Shown here: positions 6,903-14,917 of the stretch, one piece after another
Layout of the letters: the number at the start of each line of letters is the position of its first letter
Position numbering within the stretch: position 1 is the first letter of the stretch
Origin: a virus
Taxonomy: Duplodnaviria > Caudoviricetes
DNA: 24,137 nt
IMG/VR virus record: IMGVR_UViG_3300017832_000011
Span: 1 to 24,137 of that record
Strand: one strand, 5' to 3'
The notes under the pieces: model-generated
Told to the model about the DNA's origin: nothing
Databases searched by the model: none
The model's input: only the letters and a program-made list of their open reading frames with translations
Position numbers and translations under genes: made by a program

Positions 6903-8105
6903 ATGCCGAAGAAAGGTTTTTTCAATCGCTTTTTCGGCTTATCGAACAAGTCGAAGGATAAGGTGAAAGTTGTGCACCTTGTCCATACTCGTGGGGAGTC
7001 TCCAGAACGTGCGTCCACTGACCCACTCGAGTATATTCGCGAGGGGTATGAAAAGAATCCTACCTTTTTTGCGGCAGTTGACCGTATCGTTAAAAACGTG
7101 GATTCGGTAAACTGGTTCGTGGAGACTAAGCAGTATAATCCGGAAACTGGTGAGTATGAGTGGAAGTTGGATAAGGAGCACAAGGTCAATCGTTTGTTGA
7201 CTTCTCCTAATCCTGTGCAGAAGATGACGTTCGATATGCATATTAAAGGTTCGGTTATCAATCTCTTGGTAGGGGGTAACTTTATTTGGTATAAAGTTCG
7301 TGACGACCTTGGCGAAGTGCGTTACTGGCAGTTACTTCCCTTATATGCGGTTAAGCCGAAGTTAGATGATACAGGGGTAGTCACGTATTATGAGTACCAA
7401 CAACCTTTTGGTTCTTCTTATCGTACTATCCATATCCCTGCGAGAGATATTATTCACGGGTTCGAGTATAATCCCACCGACCCTACTTGGGGGTTGTCGA
7501 AGTTAAAAGTTTTAGCTGAAACTATCGACACCGACAATGCGGCTCAAGAGTGGAACCTCACTTCGACTGAGGGTCGTGGTGTTCCTGATGGGACTTTCAT
7601 TATTAAGGGTGAAGTCGAGGAAGAGGAATATGAGAGGGCGAAGGAGCGTATTCGTGAAAACTACTACGGACCTTCTAATGGTCGACTTCCTTGGTTAATC
7701 ACCGGAGATGTGGAGTGGATTCAACGTAGCTTATCGCCAGTTGAGATGGACTTCTTGAATAGTCGCAAGTTTAACCGTTCGCTCATCTCGGCGGTAATGG
7801 GTGTACCGCTACCGCTTCTTGGTGATATGGATGCGGCGACTTATAACAATGTGGCTCAAATGAAAAAGTCGTTGTGGGAGGATGCAGTAATTCCCATACT
7901 TAATTTAATCATGTCGACTGTTAACCTTGACCTCGCAGAAGAATATTCGGATTCTGTGCGTATTAACTACAGTTTGGCTGATGTGCAGGTGTTGCGTCCT
8001 GACTACGGTTCGAAGTTGAATGATGCTCTTAAACTCCAAAAGTTGGGGGTAGATCTTAAGGAGATAAACCGTATTCTCGACCTTGGAATTAACTTCGATG
8101 ATTAA
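6903..8105 (+). CDS. Portal protein, HK97 family
   Basis: LLTSPNP, GNFIWY, DIIH, GLSKL, EMDFLNSRKF..ISAVMGVP..LG...TYNN motifs; follows TerL. Confidence 0.92.
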   Translation: MPKKGFFNRFFGLSNKSKDKVKVVHLVHTRGESPERASTDPLEYIREGYEKNPTFFAAVDRIVKNVDSVNWFVETKQYNPETGEYEWKLDKEHKVNRLLTSPNPVQKMTFDMHIKGSVINLLVGGNFIWYKVRDDLGEVRYWQLLPLYAVKPKLDDTGVVTYYEYQQPFGSSYRTIHIPARDIIHGFEYNPTDPTWGLSKLKVLAETIDTDNAAQEWNLTSTEGRGVPDGTFIIKGEVEEEEYERAKERIRENYYGPSNGRLPWLITGDVEWIQRSLSPVEMDFLNSRKFNRSLISAVMGVPLPLLGDMDAATYNNVAQMKKSLWEDAVIPILNLIMSTVNLDLAEEYSDSVRINYSLADVQVLRPDYGSKLNDALKLQKLGVDLKEINRILDLGINFDD

Positions 8106-8264
8106 GACACTTTTTAACAATTTTCGAGATATTTTATATGATTGGAGGAGTTAAAGAAGCTTTCACTGAGTAGGAAATATATTAGGTAGAGTAAAATCTA
8201 TATTCCTTTGAAGGTGAAGTATTAACTTCTTCTTAGTAGTCTCGGCGGGTAGGAGGTGATTAAG

Positions 8265-9107
8265 TTGCCGGAGAAGCCAAAACTGTCGATACCTGTATTA
8301 TTCCAACGTATGGGGTATACGGCGGACAAACGTTTTTTACGGGTAAAGTTGTGGTTTATGCACACGGGTGACAACCTCAATGGGAGTCACTTCACCAAAG
8401 AGTCCATTGAAGCCGCTATACCTACGTTAGCGAATATTCCAATCTTGGGTTTTATTCGCGATAAAGGTGATGGGAGTCAGGACTTCGCGGGGCATGAGGA
8501 ACGTTTGGTAATCAAGCGTGATGGTGAACCTGAACTCGTATATTATGGTTCCGCTTATGGGGTAATCCCTGAGTCTAACAATGCCCGCTTCGAGACTCGC
8601 TTATGCGATGATGGTGAAGAACGGGAGTTTTTGGTTGTTGACGGGTTAATGTGGTCGAAGTTTAAGAATGCCACACGTATTCTCACAGCAGATGGAGTTC
8701 GCCCACACAGTATGGAACTTTCTGAGGACTACGAAGGTGAGTTTGACGATAGGGGCGTATTCGTGTTTAAGCGTTTTGCTTTCGAAGGTGCTTGCATCTT
8801 GGGGGTTGACGTTGAACCTGCGATGATAAACTCGTCAATCGAAGTCCAAACGTCTTTCTCTAAGTCCATCGCTTCACAAGTTGCAACAATCCTCAAGGAG
8901 TACGAGAATTCGTTGCGTAGTGAAGGTAACTCTGGTGGAAAGGAAGGAGATGATGGTGATGGTAAAACTCCTGAAGGACTTGATGCACTTTTTTCGGAGT
9001 TAAAAAATCTCATCTCGATTGTTGATGGTAGTGATGAAGTTGTTAATGAAATTTTTAACTCGTTGTATAAGATTGAAAAACTATTGACTGGAGGAGATTC
9101 ACAATGA
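8265..9107 (+). CDS. Prohead protease / capsid maturation protein
   Basis: Between portal and capsid; NLNGSHF...PTLANIPILG...DFAGHE...HSMEL...GACILG..VEPAM pattern. SD AGGAGGTGA favours TTG 8265. Confidence 0.7.
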   Translation: MPEKPKLSIPVLFQRMGYTADKRFLRVKLWFMHTGDNLNGSHFTKESIEAAIPTLANIPILGFIRDKGDGSQDFAGHEERLVIKRDGEPELVYYGSAYGVIPESNNARFETRLCDDGEEREFLVVDGLMWSKFKNATRILTADGVRPHSMELSEDYEGEFDDRGVFVFKRFAFEGACILGVDVEPAMINSSIEVQTSFSKSIASQVATILKEYENSLRSEGNSGGKEGDDGDGKTPEGLDALFSELKNLISIVDGSDEVVNEIFNSLYKIEKLLTGGDSQ

Positions 9108-10237
9108 CGCCGGAACAAATCGCTGAGTTGAAAGCTCTTATCGAAAAGCTTGGTAAGCTTATCGAGGAGCAAAAGGGTGCAACTGGGGAGCAGTTCGCTA
9201 AGTACCAAAAGAAGATTGAAGACTTGGAAGGTCGTATTCGGGACCTGCAAGCAAAGGGTCGCGCCTTCTCGCCTGGGGGTAAACCGCAAGTTCGTGAAAC
9301 TATCGGGACTCGCTTCGTAAATAGCGAGGTATTCAAAGCGGCTCAGTCCAAAAACCAACCCGAGGTGACTTTCGCCACTACTGTCGACCCTGTCCTTTCC
9401 ACTGACGGTGACGGTAACATCGGCGTACCGCTTCAGGATGTTACTGAGGTAGTTTCTAAAGAGTACGAAAGCGTGGAGTCCACGATCACTCCGTACCGTG
9501 TGTCCACTGGTGCAGTGTCTTATATTCGCGAGACGGGCTTCACTAGCGGTGCAGGGGTGGTCGCTCAGGGTGATGCCGCAAATCCTTCTGAGTTGACTTA
9601 TGAAGCTAAGCAAGAGCTGTTGAAGCGTATCGAAACGTGGATTCCGATTCACGAGGATACGTACAACGACAGTGAAGCACTTCGTTCGATTATTGACGAA
9701 GACTTGATGGATGCGGTGCAAGATAAAGTCGATGAGACGATTATTAATGCTATCCTTAACGATGAGTTGGTGCAAAAATACGACCCTGATGTAGATGGGG
9801 AAGTTGGGGATACGGTTATCGATGCGATTCGTAGGGCAAAAGCGAAAGCAGATGTTGCTAAGGCTCGCACGGACATCCTCTACATCAACCCTGTCGATAC
9901 TGCTCGTATTGACCTTGTGAAAGGTGCAGATGGTCAATATGTGCTTGGTGGGGTAAATGGTGCAAAAGACTTGTGGGGTCTGCGGGTATTCCCTACGAAT
10001 GCTTGCCCTGAAGGTAAGTTCATTATTGGTTCGACTAAGAAAGCAAAATTTGTTAAGAACGGCGAGTTTATTATCGAGATGAGCAAGTCGCACGGTGAAA
10101 ACTTCACTAAGTCCATGCTCGTCATCAAGGCTACTCGCAGAGGTTTACCGATTGTCACTCGTCCTGAAGCTTGGGTAGTGGGTGAGTTCCCTGAACCAGT
10201 AGCTGACGGTGGGGATGATGAAAACCCTGACGTTTAA
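9104..10237 (+). CDS. Major capsid protein, HK97 fold with N-terminal coiled-coil (delta-like) region
   Basis: Gene position; YIRETGFTSGAGVVAQG, INPVD...KGADGQYV, LWGLRV, ENFTKSMLVIKATRR...RPEAWV motifs. Confidence 0.92.
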   Translation: MTPEQIAELKALIEKLGKLIEEQKGATGEQFAKYQKKIEDLEGRIRDLQAKGRAFSPGGKPQVRETIGTRFVNSEVFKAAQSKNQPEVTFATTVDPVLSTDGDGNIGVPLQDVTEVVSKEYESVESTITPYRVSTGAVSYIRETGFTSGAGVVAQGDAANPSELTYEAKQELLKRIETWIPIHEDTYNDSEALRSIIDEDLMDAVQDKVDETIINAILNDELVQKYDPDVDGEVGDTVIDAIRRAKAKADVAKARTDILYINPVDTARIDLVKGADGQYVLGGVNGAKDLWGLRVFPTNACPEGKFIIGSTKKAKFVKNGEFIIEMSKSHGENFTKSMLVIKATRRGLPIVTRPEAWVVGEFPEPVADGGDDENPDV

Positions 10238-10245
10238 TTCAATGG

Positions 10246-10302
10246 TTAGGGGGTAACCCTCTAAATCAATACCCGAGGGATACTTTCTCTCGGGTATTTC
10301 TA
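10246..10302 (+). terminator. Tandem hairpins / terminator after the capsid gene
   Basis: TTAGGGGG-TAA-CCCTCTAA (10246-10264) and AATACCCGAGGGA-TACTT-TCTCTCGGGTATT (10268-10298). Confidence 0.7.
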
Positions 10303-10317
10303 TAACGGAGGTGTCGT

Positions 10318-10764
10318 ATGAGTACCTACATGTCCGATGAAAAGTTGGAAGAGGTGCTTCAATCGGTAGTTACTCAAACCGAGTTAGATTCTATCGGGTG
10401 GAGTACACTTTCTTCTGAAGCTAAAAGTATTCTGCATCAACGTGCTACTAAAGCAGTTGACTCTCTCCCGTTCAGGGGTAAGCGAGCCGATCGTAATCAA
10501 GTGTTGAAGTTCCCTCGCATTATAAACGGGGTTAATACTGGAGTTCCTGACGACTTGCTTAGTGCGGTTGCACTAACAGTTGTTAATCTCTTAAAAGCCG
10601 AAGGTGATTCTGCGTACAATGCTCTAAAACTTGGAGTTAAAAGTTTTAGTATTGGTAAATTATCAATGTCCTTCGGTGAAACTTCCACTTTTAGTCCCGT
10701 CGATGCAGAGGTAAAGGAACTGTACTTGAGTAAGTACTTGGTTCGACATGGGATAAGGTGGTGA
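10318..10764 (+). CDS. Head-tail adaptor (DnaT-like connector family)
   Basis: WSTLS..AK..L..ATKAVDSLPFRG....QVLKFPR...GVKSFSIGKLSMSF pattern; follows the capsid gene. Confidence 0.75.
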   Translation: MSTYMSDEKLEEVLQSVVTQTELDSIGWSTLSSEAKSILHQRATKAVDSLPFRGKRADRNQVLKFPRIINGVNTGVPDDLLSAVALTVVNLLKAEGDSAYNALKLGVKSFSIGKLSMSFGETSTFSPVDAEVKELYLSKYLVRHGIRW

Positions 10765-11624
10765 TTGTTGTGGGTGAGCCGAAGGTAATGTTTACAGGTA
10801 TTGACGTAGCTACCCCACTAACGGCATCGGGGGTAAACACACTCAAGGCAAATGGAGTACAGTTTGTAGGTCGTTATTTGGGGTATAGTCCTACGGGGTG
10901 GAAGCATCTCAGGCAGTCCGAGGTTGACTTGTTGAATAAAGCAGGTATTATGCTTTTTTCAATCTATCAAAGGGGTAAGGACACAATTCGTCAAGGTATT
11001 GAACAGGGGTTAAAGGACGGTATAGATGCGGCGAAGAGAGCGGAGTCCTTCGGTCAACCTAAAGGAACTGCCATCTATTATGCGGTTGACTATGATGCTC
11101 CTGCTTCTGACTACGACCAAATCGCTTCTTACCTCGAAGGTGCGAGAAGAGCACATCCACAGTATGCAGTGGGGGTATACGGAAGTTACAAGGTTATCGA
11201 AGAAATGGCAAAGCGTAAAGCAGCTGATCACTTTTTCCAGACTTATGCTTGGTCGAAGGGACTATTATCCCGCTATGCAAATATATACCAATGGAAAAAC
11301 GATACCTCTCTTGGAGGTTTGACGGTTGACTTGTGTAAGTCGTATGGTAACGAAGGTTTTTGGGGTGAGGCAGTTAAACTTTATATTCCGCAGGGGGTAG
11401 GTGATGATAAGTTGAAAGAGGTCGAAGAGTTGCGTAAAGAGGTTGAATCTCTCAAGAAGGAGATAGCTCAGTTGAAGGAACTTCCTACTGTTCCAGACTG
11501 GGTAAAACCTCAAATTGAATGGGCAAAGTCTGAGGGTATTCTTACTGATGAGAAGGGGACTAGAGACTTTTACCGAGCCGTCACCATGATATACAACCTT
11601 GTACATCGGGGTAAGTCTAAGTGA
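10758..11624 (+). CDS. Endolysin: DUF1906/Rv2525c-like (GH25-related) hydrolase, coiled coil and SLH-like C-terminal cell-wall binding domain
   Basis: GIDVA, FVGRYL, IYYAVDYD, GVYGS, FFQTYAWS motifs; C-terminal VPDWVKPQIEWAKSEGIL...DFYR. True start may be GTG 10770. Confidence 0.85.
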   Translation: MVIVVGEPKVMFTGIDVATPLTASGVNTLKANGVQFVGRYLGYSPTGWKHLRQSEVDLLNKAGIMLFSIYQRGKDTIRQGIEQGLKDGIDAAKRAESFGQPKGTAIYYAVDYDAPASDYDQIASYLEGARRAHPQYAVGVYGSYKVIEEMAKRKAADHFFQTYAWSKGLLSRYANIYQWKNDTSLGGLTVDLCKSYGNEGFWGEAVKLYIPQGVGDDKLKEVEELRKEVESLKKEIAQLKELPTVPDWVKPQIEWAKSEGILTDEKGTRDFYRAVTMIYNLVHRGKSK

Positions 11625-11712
11625 CTTTCTTTTATTACAAATTTGATACGCCACCTTCCTTTGTGGAGACGAATCTATATTGGATTGAGTAACTATCGGG
11701 GAGGTGGCGGGT

Positions 11713-12048
11713 TTGGAACTTTTTTTAGAAGTATTTGACAAGTTTGGCGTTTATGTTGCACTTCTCGTAATCTTGGGTATAGTCGTAAGGTATCAATACA
11801 ACGAGAATCGCAAGCTTTTGGAGGAACAACGCCAAGAGCATCGTAAGATGCTTGCTGAACAACGAGAGGATAGTAAAGCTCGAGAAGAGCGTCTTATCCA
11901 AATTATTAACGAAGTGCAGGAACACAATGATAAACTTGTTGAGTTAAACAACAAGTTGGCTAAGCAGTTACCGGATATCAACAATAAATTGACTATTATT
12001 GTCAAGGAGTTAGGGGTGAAATGTCGTGAAGATAAACTGGAGAAGTAA
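11713..12048 (+). CDS. Holin-like protein (BhlA/UviB-like; one TM helix plus coiled coil)
   Basis: FGVYVALLVILGIVV TM then ENRK...SKAREERLIQII; next to the endolysin. SD GGAGGTG favours TTG 11713. Confidence 0.7.
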   Translation: MELFLEVFDKFGVYVALLVILGIVVRYQYNENRKLLEEQRQEHRKMLAEQREDSKAREERLIQIINEVQEHNDKLVELNNKLAKQLPDINNKLTIIVKELGVKCREDKLEK

Positions 12049-12247
12049 AATTGCAAGTCGTAAGTTTTGGGCGTTGGTGGCGGCTCTCGTTACTGCGAAC
12101 CTTGTGTTGTTCGGGGTAAACGAGGAGACTATCGTCAAGGTGACTGCGGTGTTGACTCAGTTTGGTGCAGTCGTAACCTATATCTTGGTTGAGGGGTCAA
12201 TCGACAAGTCGCACAAACATGGCGATAAGTCTGGTGGTTCTGAATGA
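12026..12247 (+). CDS. Holin (two TM helices)
   Basis: MKINWRSKIASRKFWALVAALV motif typical of Bacillota phage holins; second hydrophobic helix ending YILVEG..D. Confidence 0.8.
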   Translation: MKINWRSKIASRKFWALVAALVTANLVLFGVNEETIVKVTAVLTQFGAVVTYILVEGSIDKSHKHGDKSGGSE

Positions 12248-12546
12248 TTGAATCTCTTATGAATCAAACTTGCGTTTGGGAGAAGTATAAGGGCGAGGAC
12301 GACTATGGAGTCCCGTCCTTCTGCGCCCCTCTCACGTTGAAGTGCCGTAAAGAAACTGGAGTTAAGCAAGTTCGTAGTGATGGTGAATCTAAGTTAGTCC
12401 ACGTTAGGACGTACTTTTTACCCGGCTACTTCAAGGACATGGTTACTACCAACGACAAGATTGACGGTAAGAAGGTCGATATTGTCGAGCATCTATACGA
12501 TGCTTCGGGAGGGGTAGCGTACTTGGAGGTGAGTATTCGTGAGTAG
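12244..12546 (+). CDS. Head-closure / head-tail joining protein
   Basis: NQTCVW....DDYGVP.F..P.TLKCR.E...KQVR...DKIDG pattern; 100 aa; neck position. Confidence 0.7.
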   Translation: MIESLMNQTCVWEKYKGEDDYGVPSFCAPLTLKCRKETGVKQVRSDGESKLVHVRTYFLPGYFKDMVTTNDKIDGKKVDIVEHLYDASGGVAYLEVSIRE

Positions 12547-12874
12547 GGTAGTGATGAAAGCCGATATCGGGTGGGACAAGATGCTTGCTTATGCGGATGC
12601 TGAGTCTGACCGCATGGCGAGAGCCATCGCGGTAAACACACTTGCTATCGCTGTCGCAACGGCTCCAAGGCGTACAGGTAACCTTGCCGCTTCGCATTAT
12701 ATTCGTAAAGTCGGTAACGGTTACGAGGTAGGAAACTCCGCACCTTATGCGAAGTTTGTTGCGGCGATGCCGCAGTCGAGTTTGAGAACGGGTCGTGCAA
12801 ACTGGTTACCGAGAGCCTTCGAGGAAGCGATTCGGGGTGCTGGAATCAAAGTAAAAAGCACGGGTCTGTTGTAA
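12539..12874 (+). CDS. Neck protein, HK97 gp10-like
   Basis: APRRTGNLAAS...VGNSAPYA..V...WLPRA motif. Confidence 0.8.
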   Translation: MSRVVMKADIGWDKMLAYADAESDRMARAIAVNTLAIAVATAPRRTGNLAASHYIRKVGNGYEVGNSAPYAKFVAAMPQSSLRTGRANWLPRAFEEAIRGAGIKVKSTGLL

Positions 12875-12887
12875 AGGTTGGTGGACT

Positions 12888-13265
12888 ATGAACTTCTTAG
12901 ACGCAGTTAAAACTATATTAAGTAGTACCTACCCTATTCGTTTGGTCAATGTTCCATCCTCGGGTGATTGTATAGTCATCAGTGAGGAAGCTGTGGATGG
13001 GGTATTCGGGGGTATTGACCCACTATCTAAGAGTGACCGTCAAGTTACACTCTCTTTCTTCGTTAGAATTAAGGAGAAGCCGGCGGTATACTCGGAGATT
13101 ATGAATCTGCTCGAATCGTTCCATTATACGCTTCTGAGTAAGACGGGGTCAAACCTTGGAGGTTTTCACATCATTAGTGTAGGAGAGCCGACAATCATCC
13201 CTGCAGGGGTTGATTCGGACGGTTTTTTCAAAGCTTCAATGCGAGTTCAAATTGTTTATCAATAA
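12888..13265 (+). CDS. Tail terminator / completion protein
   Basis: 125 aa, between the gp10-like gene and the tail tube; call rests mainly on synteny. Confidence 0.55.
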   Translation: MNFLDAVKTILSSTYPIRLVNVPSSGDCIVISEEAVDGVFGGIDPLSKSDRQVTLSFFVRIKEKPAVYSEIMNLLESFHYTLLSKTGSNLGGFHIISVGEPTIIPAGVDSDGFFKASMRVQIVYQ

Positions 13266-13280
13266 GAAAGGGTGATTATA

Positions 13281-13739
13281 ATGGCAAAAGTCACTGGTAT
13301 GAATACTGAGTTTTACGTCTGGACTGGTAGTGGCGATCCTACATCTGAAGATCGTATCTCTAACATGACTGAGATTGGTGAGTTTGGTTGGGAGACTACT
13401 GAAGTTGATGCAAGCGACCTTGACTCGGGTGAAGCAGGAGAGTTCCTGCCGGGGCCGACTGACTTCGGTTCTTTCACTTTCACTGGATACGCAAACGGTG
13501 CGAACATCCAAAGGTTGCAGTCTTTAAGGGCAACTAAGTCTGCAAATCGTGAGTTGAACTTCGGAGTATATACCCCAGGTGCTGAACACGCAAACTTCAA
13601 GGTTAAGGGGTATATCGCAAGCTTCCAAGTCGGTGCGAGAACTCGTAACGACCTTATCACTTTCACTGGTGAGGTTCGAGTTACTGGCGAGCCTACTTGG
13701 GACTGGGAACCGCCTTCGGCACAAGGCGGCGGAGATTAA
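13281..13739 (+). CDS. Major tail tube protein (siphovirus)
   Basis: TEVDASDLDS..EFLPG.TDFGSFTFTG...FKVKGYI...LITFTGEVRVTGEP. Start ATG 13281 on SD evidence. Confidence 0.85.
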   Translation: MAKVTGMNTEFYVWTGSGDPTSEDRISNMTEIGEFGWETTEVDASDLDSGEAGEFLPGPTDFGSFTFTGYANGANIQRLQSLRATKSANRELNFGVYTPGAEHANFKVKGYIASFQVGARTRNDLITFTGEVRVTGEPTWDWEPPSAQGGGD

Positions 13740-13798
13740 TCAAATTCTGTGAGTTAAGTTTTAATCTACTGATACTTTACCTTTAGGAGGAGTTAAAA

Positions 13799-14263
13799 AT
13801 GGCAAAAAACAAAGAGGTTAACCAAACTAAACGCACAGTGGACTTCACAACTCAGCAAGCGGCATTAAACGTATATCTCTACGAGAAGAAGAACGGTCAA
13901 GGGTCTATCACTTATCTGTACGAACCGTCCATCGTAGGGGTTATGGAACTCATCAAGCTCGGTTCGGGGGCAAAGTCGGACCAAGAAGCGGCTTCCATCT
14001 TGATTGACCTTCTCGAAGGTGGTAAATCTGTCGTTGATGTTGCTTGCGACTTGATTCTTCAGTCGGCTCATCTGTCGGTTGTCGGTCGTGAGGGTGCTGA
14101 GGGGGCAGTCAAGGAGATTCGTAATCGAGTAAGTGAAGGTGTTCGTCAAATCAAAGAGGGTGTTTTCGACACTCAAGCTCCAGTTGAAGAGGTAGCACCG
14201 CAACCTCAAGTAGTCGTTGTCCAAGCACCGGTAGGGGGTAACGGACAAAAAGAGGAGTTGTAA
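13799..14263 (+). CDS. Tail assembly chaperone (gpG-like)
   Basis: Between tail tube and tape measure; AGGAGG SD; YEKKNG..SI..L..PS...EA..IL.DLLEGG. Confidence 0.7.
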   Translation: MAKNKEVNQTKRTVDFTTQQAALNVYLYEKKNGQGSITYLYEPSIVGVMELIKLGSGAKSDQEAASILIDLLEGGKSVVDVACDLILQSAHLSVVGREGAEGAVKEIRNRVSEGVRQIKEGVFDTQAPVEEVAPQPQVVVVQAPVGGNGQKEEL

Positions 14264-14266
14264 TCT

Positions 14267-14866
14267 ATGTATATAGACATCACCCCTCTTGAGGTGAAGA
14301 AGTTTGAAAAGGAGAATAATATCTCCTTATTCGAACTTCTTCAACCCTCTTTCCATAACCTCGTCCTGCTGGAGAAGCTTTTGAAACGCCTACCTGAAAA
14401 CGAAGCCTTAAAGTCTGCGTTAGGGGTATTAGCTGAAAGGGATATGATACCGTACTTTTCGGAGGTTTTGGATGAGTTAGAATCTCTTGGTTATATCTCT
14501 TTCGATCCTGATGCTGATGAAAAAATCCCTAGCAAGACCTTCGGGGAACTTTGGGAGGAAAGCTTCGCGGATGCTTACAGGCTCGGTCTTTCGAAGGATG
14601 ACTATTGGACGTTGATGCCGAAGCAGGTTGTTAACATCAGTCTTGCTCTAGTCGAGGATAGGAAGGCTCAAATGCAAGGAGAAGTAAATATGCAACTATA
14701 CCTTGCTCGACTGATGGCTCTTGCGATGAACAACCCGAGGAAGTTGCCGAAGAAGCCACCGAATCTTTTCGAAGAGGAAACCGAGGGTCAAAGACTTCGA
14801 AGGGAGATTCTTCAAGGTGCTTCGAGGCAGGGAGGTTACAAAAGTTCCGAGGAGGAGGAACTCTAG
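14267..14866 (+). CDS. Tail assembly chaperone with gpG-like N-terminus fused to a gpT-like C-terminus
   Basis: Own SD (GAGGAG); N-terminus resembles the preceding gene; AYRLGLSKDDYWTLMP is a gpT-type motif. Confidence 0.7.
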   Translation: MYIDITPLEVKKFEKENNISLFELLQPSFHNLVLLEKLLKRLPENEALKSALGVLAERDMIPYFSEVLDELESLGYISFDPDADEKIPSKTFGELWEESFADAYRLGLSKDDYWTLMPKQVVNISLALVEDRKAQMQGEVNMQLYLARLMALAMNNPRKLPKKPPNLFEEETEGQRLRREILQGASRQGGYKSSEEEEL

Positions 14867-14898
14867 GGTATGGTGCTTTCGGCGTCATACCCTTATTT
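14865..14898 (+). terminator. Hairpin / weak terminator before the tape measure gene
   Basis: AGGGTATGGTGC-TTTCG-GCGTCATACCCT 12-bp stem, then TATTT. Confidence 0.6.
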
Positions 14899-14917
14899 AG
14901 TTAGGAGGTGATGGTGT

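Noticed and set aside
8729-10093. 454-aa antisense ORF opposite the protease/capsid genes
   Set aside because: Shadow of the codon-biased capsid gene; no recognisable motifs or SD; the genome is otherwise all + strand.
14255-14270. Stop-codon read-through joining the two chaperone ORFs
   Set aside because: In-frame, but TAA-T is an efficient stop, and the second ORF has its own SD and its own G-like domain.
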